From positions 1-38,492 of the forward strand of contig JBJTAQ010000093.1 in assembly GCA_046090945.1 (NCBI GenBank): a DNA stretch of 38,492 nucleotides, given 5' to 3'. The notes under the pieces were generated by a model that was not told the origin of the DNA, made no database searches, and saw nothing but the letters and a program-made list of their open reading frames with translations. The stretch's first letter is position 1. Each line of letters opens with the position of its first letter. This document shows, one piece after another, positions 9,168 through 17,080 of this stretch. This DNA comes from Pirellula sp. Its GTDB lineage: Bacteria; Planctomycetota; Planctomycetia; Pirellulales; Pirellulaceae. Both the position numbers and the translations under genes were made by a program.

Positions 9168-10088
9168 ATGATGAAGTTCCTCTCGACCCCTCTCGTCGTA
9201 CTTGCACTGGCTTGTTGGATCGGGACTCCAACTGCTACAGGGCAAGATGCTCCAAAGCATTCGTATTTGGTTTTGGGAGCCAAGACTGCGATTATCTCCG
9301 AAGAAGGAAATGCGACTTGGGAATACTCAGGTGGATCTCGAGACGGGTTTGTTTTGCCCAATGGACACGTGCTACTGGCCTACTCGAATCGAGTCGAGGA
9401 AGTGACGCCAAACAAGCAAATCGTGTTTAGCTACCAATTAGATCCTGCGAATAAAGAGATCGGAACGGCGGAGCGTCTGTACAGCGGAAACACCCTCGTC
9501 ACGGAGCTTGGACCCAAGCCGAGGCTTTTGGAGGTTGCTCCCGATGGATCGATCGCATCGCAGATCCCGCTGGAACCCGAGACCGACAATGCGCACATGC
9601 AGACTCGGATGGCAAGGCAGTTGCGAAATGGCAACTACCTGGTCCCCCATCTTCTAGCATTTGCGATCAAGGAATACACGCCCCAGGGACGTATTGTGCG
9701 AACGCTCAAGACCGATTTGGAGTCGCTCGGTGGACGGCCTGCAGAGAACTGGCCATTTACCGCGATCCGCTTGGACAATGGTCATACGCTCGCTTCGCTT
9801 ACCCACGGCAACAAGGTTGTTGAGATGGACATCGAGGGTCGTGTGGTTTGGAAGGTGACCAATGAGGATGTCGGTGGACTGTTCAAAGATCCCTGCGGAT
9901 CGCAGCGACTGGCCAATGGGAATACCGTCATCGGTTCGCACGGGGCCAACGCGGGTACATCCATGGTCGAGGTGACGCCTGAGAACAAGATTGTTTGGAC
10001 CAGCGATCATCCACTGGCCGCTGGCGTTCATCACTTTCAGATCCTCACAACCAACGGCAAAAAGGAGCCTGGCATTCCTTTGAAATAA
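9168..10088 (+). CDS. Secreted beta-propeller protein (PQQ-like/arylsulfotransferase-like fold)
   Basis: Signal peptide; repeated [RL]xNGNTL blades (LPNGHVLL, RLYSGNTLV, QLRNGNYLV, RLDNGHTLA, RLANGNTVI). Confidence 0.7.
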   Translation: MMKFLSTPLVVLALACWIGTPTATGQDAPKHSYLVLGAKTAIISEEGNATWEYSGGSRDGFVLPNGHVLLAYSNRVEEVTPNKQIVFSYQLDPANKEIGTAERLYSGNTLVTELGPKPRLLEVAPDGSIASQIPLEPETDNAHMQTRMARQLRNGNYLVPHLLAFAIKEYTPQGRIVRTLKTDLESLGGRPAENWPFTAIRLDNGHTLASLTHGNKVVEMDIEGRVVWKVTNEDVGGLFKDPCGSQRLANGNTVIGSHGANAGTSMVEVTPENKIVWTSDHPLAAGVHHFQILTTNGKKEPGIPLK

Positions 10089-10155
10089 GCCGGCCATACG
10101 CGGGCTCGAACCAGAGGCCCTCGAGAGAATACTCCAGTCAAGGAATCACCGCACC

Positions 10156-11277
10156 GTGAGGAAGTCCAAGCCGATCAGACTCGCAAAATTCGTGACCGTC
10201 GCTCTATTGGGACTTGCTGCATTCCCTTCGCTAGCACAGGAAAGCAAGCTGTCGATCCAGCGACCAGATGGCAAGCCGGCCGATATGACTCAACCGGTCG
10301 AAGTATTCATCCTGCTCGGTCAATCCAACATGGTCGGACTAGGTAAGGTTAAGGGAGGCGAGAATTCTTTGGAGCATGCGGTAAGGGACAAGCAGAAGTA
10401 TCCGTACCTCATCGACGAGTCCGGTGCTTGGACCGTTCGAAACGATCTTCGCTACGTGCAATACATGTCCGGCAAAGGTCCACTGCGCAACGAGTGGATG
10501 ACCGTCTCGGGTGGAAACCTAGGTCCGGAGTATGGCATCGGTCATGCACTTGGTCAGGCAATCGATGCACCGGTGATGATTCTCAAATGCTGCATCGGCA
10601 ATCGAGCATTGGGCTGGGATTTGCTACCCCCGGGCAGTGAGCGAACGCTCTACACGACCAAGGACAAGTCTGGGGTAGAGCAGACGCTCGTGTATGCAGG
10701 TTACAAAGACCGACCGGAGTTCTGGCCCATGGACCCAGACGCAGGTCTCAAGACAGAGCCAGCACCCTGGCTGGACAAAAATGGCAAGCCGATCGATTGG
10801 TATGCAGGCAAGCAGTGGGATATGGATATCGCTGATGCCAAGAGAGCTATGGATGATCTGGAAAAACACTATCCAGGTGCGCATGGTTTTCGGGTCGCGG
10901 GGTTTTTCTTTTGGCAAGGCGAGAGGGACTCCCTAAACGCAGGGCACGCAACCCACTACGAAAAGAATCTTGTAGCATTCATCAAGGCGTTGCGCAAGGA
11001 ATTCAACGCACCCGATGCAAAGTTTGTATGCGGCACCTTGGGCGAGGCAGTTCACGGCGCAACGGGACCGACCGGGATGGTTTTAGATGCCCATCTGGCC
11101 GTTGACGGTACTCATGGCAAGTACCCCGAGTTCCAGGGGAATGTTGCAACCATCTATACCCATCCGATGGCACAAGGCGGTAGCGGCAACGGCCACTACG
11201 GTGGCAAGGCCGAGGTGTATATGGATGTTGGCCAAGCGATGGGCCAAGCCATGCTCAAATTGCTCAAGAGCCAATGA
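10156..11277 (+). CDS. Secreted sialate O-acetylesterase-family (SASA/DUF303) esterase
   Basis: Signal peptide; GQSNM, GPEYG, FFWQGERD and a C-terminal His (GNGHY). Confidence 0.85.
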   Translation: MRKSKPIRLAKFVTVALLGLAAFPSLAQESKLSIQRPDGKPADMTQPVEVFILLGQSNMVGLGKVKGGENSLEHAVRDKQKYPYLIDESGAWTVRNDLRYVQYMSGKGPLRNEWMTVSGGNLGPEYGIGHALGQAIDAPVMILKCCIGNRALGWDLLPPGSERTLYTTKDKSGVEQTLVYAGYKDRPEFWPMDPDAGLKTEPAPWLDKNGKPIDWYAGKQWDMDIADAKRAMDDLEKHYPGAHGFRVAGFFFWQGERDSLNAGHATHYEKNLVAFIKALRKEFNAPDAKFVCGTLGEAVHGATGPTGMVLDAHLAVDGTHGKYPEFQGNVATIYTHPMAQGGSGNGHYGGKAEVYMDVGQAMGQAMLKLLKSQ

Positions 11278-11348
11278 AATACCCCGAGCAACTCTGCGAC
11301 CGAGCCTAACTTAACGGAAAACCCTGTCGGAAAAACATCAACTCCAGA

Positions 11349-11393
11349 TTGACTCTCGACCGATCTAGTGTAATACTAGACTAGTGCACTAGA
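11349..11393 (+). promoter_or_regulatory. Sigma70-type promoter overlapped by a YtrA-type palindromic operator
   Basis: TTGACT-N17-AATACT with TGn extension; inverted repeat TCTAGTGtaatactagactagtgCACTAGA at 11364-11393. Confidence 0.75.
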
Positions 11394-11423
11394 AGCGTAC
11401 ACCAGCAGAGAGTCTGTTTTTTC

Positions 11424-11861
11424 ATGTTTTTCTCGATCGATCCTAGTAACGGCATCGCGATCTACGAACAGATTGTTCGGCAGGTCAAGTTTGCCGTGGC
11501 CGACGGGGTGCTCATCCCAGGTCAGCTTTTACCCAGCGTCAGAACGCTGAGCGTGCAATTGGCGATCAACCCAAACACGATCGCCAAAGCCTTCCAAATT
11601 CTGCAGTCCGAAGGGGTCTGCGAAGCTCTCCGAGGGAGGGGTCTTGCGATCCGTTCGGACGCCGTCGCAGCCTGCGATCGAGCGCGTCGAACGCTGCTCG
11701 AAGAGCGTTTGCGATCGGCTATTGGCGAAGCTCTTCACGGCGGACTATCCACCAAGGAGGTCCGGCGTCTGATGCTCGACCAACTCGGCCTGCTCGATGG
11801 CAACGTTGCAACCGTCGCATCGCCAATCGATGCATCCTCCGACGACTTTGAATCTACGTAA
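11424..11861 (+). CDS. GntR-family regulator, YtrA subfamily
   Basis: IYEQIVRQVK, PGQLLPSVRTLS, INPNTIAKAF, RGRG; short C-terminal helix; precedes an ABC ATPase. Confidence 0.92.
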   Translation: MFFSIDPSNGIAIYEQIVRQVKFAVADGVLIPGQLLPSVRTLSVQLAINPNTIAKAFQILQSEGVCEALRGRGLAIRSDAVAACDRARRTLLEERLRSAIGEALHGGLSTKEVRRLMLDQLGLLDGNVATVASPIDASSDDFEST

Positions 11862-11949
11862 AGAGCTAGCGACACGAGCGGACGATTTGCCCAACTGAAC
11901 CTAATACTTTCGAAACCATCACGAAACAAAAATCCATCGGAGGCCTCAC

Positions 11950-12906
11950 ATGAACGATGCGATCAAGATCCAAGGGCTGGAGATGCACTATCGAGGTTGC
12001 GATGCCCTGCAAGGAATCGACCTGTCGGTCGCTCCCGGCACAGTCATGGCGATCCTGGGTGAGAATGGAGCGGGCAAGACAACGCTCATTCGGATTATGA
12101 CCGGCTTTCAAAAACCCTCGAAAGGGACTTGCTCGATCCTGGGGTTCGACCCCTCCGTTGCCGACCAAGCATTGGCGCTGCGCAGGCGCATCGGCTATGT
12201 CTCCGATGCCCCTGCGCTATACGATTGGATGACGATCGGGGAGATCGGCTGGTTCGCTTCCTCGTTTTATCCTGACGGTTTTAAGGAGCGTTACCAAGAC
12301 TTCATCGCTCGTTACGATCTGCCTGCGGGGCGCAAGATCAAGCAGTTGAGCAAAGGCCAGCGTTCGAAGGTGGCCTTGTCACTGGCGCTTGCCTATGACC
12401 CGGAGTTGTTGATTCTCGATGAGCCGACATCGGGCCTGGACCCGATCGTACGTCGTGAGTTTCTCGAAAGCATGATCAGTGTGGCGGCGACAGGTCGCAC
12501 CGTCTTTCTATCGAGCCATCAGATCTCCGAGATCGAGCGCGTGGCAGATACCATCGCCATCTTGCACAAGGGCAAGGTCCAGCTGGTCGGTCCGTTGGCC
12601 GAACTCAAAGAGTCGATTGCAATGGTGACGGTTTCGCTGAGCGATCCGCTGATCGCCTTGGCCGATTTGCCACCGCCGAGTCGCATCCTGGCAGAGATCA
12701 GCCAAGGGAGGCAAAAGCAGTTGATTGTCCAAGGGGATGGCGATGCCGCAGCGGCTTACTGGAAAGAAGCCACAGGGGGCATCGGGGCGCAGTCCAGAAG
12801 CGCAACTCTCGAAGAGCTTATCGTCGCTTGTACCCGAGGCCATAGTCTCTACAAACGGGTTTCCGAGTCGGACAGTCCAACCGGGGTGGAGGCAGGAAAA
12901 TCATGA
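11950..12906 (+). CDS. ABC exporter ATP-binding protein (YtrB-like)
   Basis: Walker A GENGAGKT, signature LSKGQ, Walker B LILDEPT, H-loop SSH. Confidence 0.95.
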   Translation: MNDAIKIQGLEMHYRGCDALQGIDLSVAPGTVMAILGENGAGKTTLIRIMTGFQKPSKGTCSILGFDPSVADQALALRRRIGYVSDAPALYDWMTIGEIGWFASSFYPDGFKERYQDFIARYDLPAGRKIKQLSKGQRSKVALSLALAYDPELLILDEPTSGLDPIVRREFLESMISVAATGRTVFLSSHQISEIERVADTIAILHKGKVQLVGPLAELKESIAMVTVSLSDPLIALADLPPPSRILAEISQGRQKQLIVQGDGDAAAAYWKEATGGIGAQSRSATLEELIVACTRGHSLYKRVSESDSPTGVEAGKS

Positions 12907-15455
12907 GTAGCCAACCAACTGCATCTGTTTCTAATCGGATGTCTTGGACAAGAGCACTGCTCTGGAAAGAGTTCCGGCAAGTCCTGCCACTGATACTGAC
13001 GGTGTTGGGTTTGGCGTTCGGGATCCTGCTGATCATCCTCGTCAGCACTTCGTTTAGTTCGCCGCGGGGACTAAAATACGACCAAGGTTTTTGGTTTCTA
13101 TTTATGTCGATGCCGATGATGTACGCCACGGGTGTTGGCATACTCCTGGTGGGTACTGAAAAAGAATCGCGATCCCTGCACTGGTTGCGGTCGCTTCCGG
13201 TTTCAGGACAGCAGATCGCATGGAGTAAACTGGTCGTTGCCCTCACGAGCTTGGCGATGTTTTGGTTGATCGCTTTGGTGGCTTGGTCGGTCTTTGCAAG
13301 CACCTTGGGAGGCAACCCGTTATCCCTCGGCTCGTTGGATGTTTACAAGAACGATTCAGGGGGTTGGTTGTTGCTCCTTTCGTACCTGATGGTTTCTCTA
13401 TTTTTGTGCCTGGCGGGTATCGCCTTTGCTTGGCGGTTTGAGTCTCAGATTGTCTCCCTTGTGATGCTGATCCCTGCCGCGCTTGCGGTTTGGTTGCTTG
13501 CCTATGGACTTGCTGAATTCCTTGATAAGGGTAATTTAGACTCGAGTCAGCAGCGATTGTTGGAAGCCTTGCTTTATATTGCGAGTCTTTTTCTTGGGTG
13601 CTTGATCGCTATCTTGTACGGATGGAAAGTCAGCCAGCGAGTGATTTCCTCGCTATCGGCTCCGACGAAGGTGGCTTCTCCTAATTGGGTTGATTGGCCA
13701 AGCTTCGGACTAGGGTCCGTGCTAGGTGTTAGAGAAGAAGCAGGTGCGGCAGAGGCTTGGTCACTCTGGCCAACGATTTCGCCGATAAGCTCGATGCTCT
13801 GGCAGATGATACGCCAAAACTGGCTTTGGTGGGGTTTGTTAGCCTTCGCTGCACTGGTGACACTTTTGATCGGTTCCGATGCCGTGATCCATATCCCTGG
13901 CGAACCGATTCACGACCGATGGATTGGACAGATATTCCTACCTGTGATGCTGCTTTCGGGATTGCTAGGAATCCTGGTATTCCAATCCGATGGTACCCAA
14001 CAGCGGATCAAATTCTATGCAGACCGAGGGGTGTCGCCTACTGTCTTGTGGTGCACTCGGCATTGGATTCCCGTCGTGATCGTTATGGGCATCGCTCTAA
14101 CGCGTTACTTGATGATCTGCAATGCTAGATCTTTTGAAGCTCCATGGATTCTGATCGATGCGATGGCGTTGCTTGCCACGAGTTTAGCCTCGTATGCAGT
14201 CGGGCAGTGGGTTTCTCAGTTCATCAATAGCCCGATCCTAGCCACGATCACTCTTCCTGCGGTGCTCGTCACGAACCTAGCCTTCTGCATCTTTGCAAAC
14301 ATCGGAATGGGGGCACCTGTATGGCTCTTATCGCTGACGTTTTTAATACCTATCGTTGCGACTTGGTGGATGATGCGGCCCTGGATGGAAAGGAGGATCG
14401 ACTGGCGATTCCACTTGCAACATAGCGGATTCGCGTTGGCTGCCCTTGTGATTCCGATGATACCGGGGCTATGGAAGATCTGGACCCTTCCGAGCATGCC
14501 ATCGCAATTGCGTGCAAATCTGACCCAACTGGCCGTATCGAATCCTCCCGTGACTCGGGGGTTACGGATCGATGAAAAGAGGAATCGACCGGCTACGATC
14601 CTCAAAGGGGTTAACGACTCAGTCGAGCATCACGCAGACCTATTGTCGGCCACAGAGGAGACGCGACGGGCATTCGTTCAGCAACTTATCGAGCAAAATG
14701 GCAAGGCTGATATGAACGACTTCCTCGACCACTCGCTGTCCCTGCATGGACTCATCGCCGAATTGGCCCGAATGCGAACACAGATGGAACGCTCGTCAAG
14801 CGAATCACCATCCCAAGCTACCATGGATATCCTCGCCGAATACCGGAAAATCCTGGCCAACATTCCGCACTGGGTGTTGGCGTTACGATCTAGGCACACG
14901 ATCGAGGACTGCGACTCGGCTGAGAAAATCGAACTCGTAGCGCTGACGCACTGCCTCGGAGATGGTGCGGCCAGACGGCTTGGTAATGAAGTCTACACAT
15001 CCCTGGCCAGACTTCTGTCCGACGATCGCTCTCGGGATCAAGCTCGCAAAGTTGCATTGGCATCAACGTGGTGGGCCAGTCAAAGATTTTCCAAGTCGAA
15101 CCGCGATGCATCGATGGAGTTGGGAAGTTACAACATGAGCTATCTGTTGAACGATTCCGATTTTCAGTTATCCAAGCGGGATGGATACATTCCTTCGAGC
15201 ATCGAACTTCGTCGAGCCCGCGACTTACTTGTAGGCGACCTCTGGAGCTTGCTTGAACTATCCCCCGAGAATGTTCAAGCGATGACCGAAAATCAGCACC
15301 CCATAGGGAAATTCAGTCGTCGGGCACTTTGGGGTTTAACTGATCTAGTCGATGGAGTCCTAAATCTACGGTCGAGAGGCCCAGCATCCGCCTGGAGAGG
15401 CGCTTGGGAGTCGATCGCAAAACAACTTCCACCCGAGGTAAGTGATCATGAATAG
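12903..15455 (+). CDS. ABC-2-type permease with two membrane modules and a C-terminal helical domain
   Basis: LLWKEFRQ and EKESRSLHWLRSLPVS motifs; many TM segments; ATGA coupling to the ATPase. Confidence 0.8.
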   Translation: MSSQPTASVSNRMSWTRALLWKEFRQVLPLILTVLGLAFGILLIILVSTSFSSPRGLKYDQGFWFLFMSMPMMYATGVGILLVGTEKESRSLHWLRSLPVSGQQIAWSKLVVALTSLAMFWLIALVAWSVFASTLGGNPLSLGSLDVYKNDSGGWLLLLSYLMVSLFLCLAGIAFAWRFESQIVSLVMLIPAALAVWLLAYGLAEFLDKGNLDSSQQRLLEALLYIASLFLGCLIAILYGWKVSQRVISSLSAPTKVASPNWVDWPSFGLGSVLGVREEAGAAEAWSLWPTISPISSMLWQMIRQNWLWWGLLAFAALVTLLIGSDAVIHIPGEPIHDRWIGQIFLPVMLLSGLLGILVFQSDGTQQRIKFYADRGVSPTVLWCTRHWIPVVIVMGIALTRYLMICNARSFEAPWILIDAMALLATSLASYAVGQWVSQFINSPILATITLPAVLVTNLAFCIFANIGMGAPVWLLSLTFLIPIVATWWMMRPWMERRIDWRFHLQHSGFALAALVIPMIPGLWKIWTLPSMPSQLRANLTQLAVSNPPVTRGLRIDEKRNRPATILKGVNDSVEHHADLLSATEETRRAFVQQLIEQNGKADMNDFLDHSLSLHGLIAELARMRTQMERSSSESPSQATMDILAEYRKILANIPHWVLALRSRHTIEDCDSAEKIELVALTHCLGDGAARRLGNEVYTSLARLLSDDRSRDQARKVALASTWWASQRFSKSNRDASMELGSYNMSYLLNDSDFQLSKRDGYIPSSIELRRARDLLVGDLWSLLELSPENVQAMTENQHPIGKFSRRALWGLTDLVDGVLNLRSRGPASAWRGAWESIAKQLPPEVSDHE

Positions 15456-16665
15456 AAAGCAATTTTTATTTCCTGCGTGGATGTTTGGAGTTCTGGCAGC
15501 AACCCTCATCGTCTTGCTCTCAGTCTGCACAATGGCTGTCCGCACGGTCTTTCAAGAGCAACTGGCGGGCCAAACCCTTAAACAACTTCGGCTTGAAGCC
15601 AGTAATCAACAACCGCTCATGACTCAAATCGCTGAGTCGATAAAGGTTAACAAGTCTCCGAGAGATGCCGAATTGCTAGAGCGATGGCAAAGCATCATGG
15701 CCCAAGTGGCAAACCCTTATTTGGAAGAACAGTTGCAGTTTTTGAAGCAAGTACCTGATGTGTTCGCGAATTCCTCAACGCAAGCACCTGAATCGGTCCA
15801 GACCGCTTGGTCGAGTTCACCGGATGAATTGCGAAAATTCATAGGGAGGAACACGGAGCTTTTAGACTTGATCTACGAGCATTGCGAACAAAGGCCGGGC
15901 GAATCACCTTGGATAAATTTTGGTCCGTACAACTCCTGGCAATCAGGAATTGCCGACTTGGTTTTTTTAGACGGCGTTGAATGTTTAAGTTCCAAGGACC
16001 TGCCACGTTTTCGCCACGCGTTAGAGGCTCTATATCGCTTCCGAGCGTTTGTACACTACGACCATCTAACACATCCAGTCGAGCCTATCGTTTTTCTCTT
16101 GCATCGAGGATTGGACGAACAGTTGATCGGCCACAAGGATGCTGCAGGATGGCTCGAACGCTTCACCAAAGACGAGCAAGCGTATCGGATACCCGGGATG
16201 CTTCCAAGTAATCGAGCCAGTTTGCTCAGGAGTTTTGATCGATACGAAGATGGGATTGCAGGACTACCAAGCATTCACCTGGCCTTGTTTACCGAGTACG
16301 AGGAAAAGCACAATCGCGACTGGACCGCCTGGACGACATCAATGTACTTGCCGCCCCAGCACGAATCGCTCAAATATTTCACCCTTGCGCTGCGAGTCGC
16401 GTTGATCGATGCATTCCAAAGCAACTCTCGCCATCCGGAATCACCCGAACAGATCGCCAAAAGCCTCGTCCTACCCAAGGGGGTAAGAGAGTCTGTGCGG
16501 AGTTACTTTGACCTCAAGCAGATGACCAAGTACTTCAGTTACCAGGAACTGAGTCCCACCCAAGGTGAACTCCGCTTTGAACTTCCCTCAGAAGTAACCA
16601 CCGGTGAATACCCAGTCGCTGAGCATTATCGGATTGATGATCGGTCGGATCGGACGGATCGATGA
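15448..16665 (+). CDS. Hypothetical membrane-anchored helical protein, last gene of the Ytr-like operon
   Basis: N-terminal hydrophobic segment; start overlaps the permease stop by 8 bp. Confidence 0.7.
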   Translation: MNRKQFLFPAWMFGVLAATLIVLLSVCTMAVRTVFQEQLAGQTLKQLRLEASNQQPLMTQIAESIKVNKSPRDAELLERWQSIMAQVANPYLEEQLQFLKQVPDVFANSSTQAPESVQTAWSSSPDELRKFIGRNTELLDLIYEHCEQRPGESPWINFGPYNSWQSGIADLVFLDGVECLSSKDLPRFRHALEALYRFRAFVHYDHLTHPVEPIVFLLHRGLDEQLIGHKDAAGWLERFTKDEQAYRIPGMLPSNRASLLRSFDRYEDGIAGLPSIHLALFTEYEEKHNRDWTAWTTSMYLPPQHESLKYFTLALRVALIDAFQSNSRHPESPEQIAKSLVLPKGVRESVRSYFDLKQMTKYFSYQELSPTQGELRFELPSEVTTGEYPVAEHYRIDDRSDRTDR

Positions 16666-16725
16666 TCGATGCTTTGCTAGCAATGGTAGTCCATTGAAAA
16701 AACATCATTCGACGGCTGAAAATGC

Positions 16726-16754
16726 TTGGAAGAGACCTCGTTGTTCGCTACACT
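16726..16754 (+). promoter_or_regulatory. Sigma70-type promoter for the alpha-CTD gene
   Basis: TTGGAA-N17-TACACT, about 55 bp upstream of the ATG at 16810; GGAGG RBS at 16797-16801. Confidence 0.55.
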
Positions 16755-16809
16755 ACCGGCTTGTCAGCAACCCACTTCAGTCTCTCGTTTTTACACGGAG
16801 GTAAAAAAC

Positions 16810-17073
16810 ATGACTCGAATTCCTATCAGCCAAGCAGAAGAGAAAGCTCGACAACTCCAAGAAAACCTCGATCTGAGCACGGCGGAAATTGGACTCCAAG
16901 TCCGCACGACCAATTGCTTGGAAGAAAAGGGGATTTTCACCGTGCGACAGTTGCTCCAAGCCAGCCCGGAAACGCTTCTGAGTATCACCAACTTTGGGGA
17001 TAAAACCCTTGAAGAAGTTTACCAGGCCCTCGAAAAATACGGCTACTTCCGGCCTTGGCGCAAACCTCGCTAA
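16810..17073 (+). CDS. Stand-alone RNA polymerase alpha subunit C-terminal-domain protein (87 aa)
   Basis: EIGLQVRTTNCLEEKGIFTVRQLL...LLSITNFGDKTLEEV aligns with RpoA [23 protein letters not shown]...LLKTPNLGKKSLTEI; strong RBS. Confidence 0.88.
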   Translation: MTRIPISQAEEKARQLQENLDLSTAEIGLQVRTTNCLEEKGIFTVRQLLQASPETLLSITNFGDKTLEEVYQALEKYGYFRPWRKPR

Positions 17074-17080
17074 GCCTGCC

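Noticed and set aside
16726-17080. ORF-track starts at 16726 and 16994
   Set aside because: 16726 coincides with the -35 box while a strong RBS precedes 16810; 16994 would overlap the alpha-CTD gene by 80 bp and bury the signal peptide.
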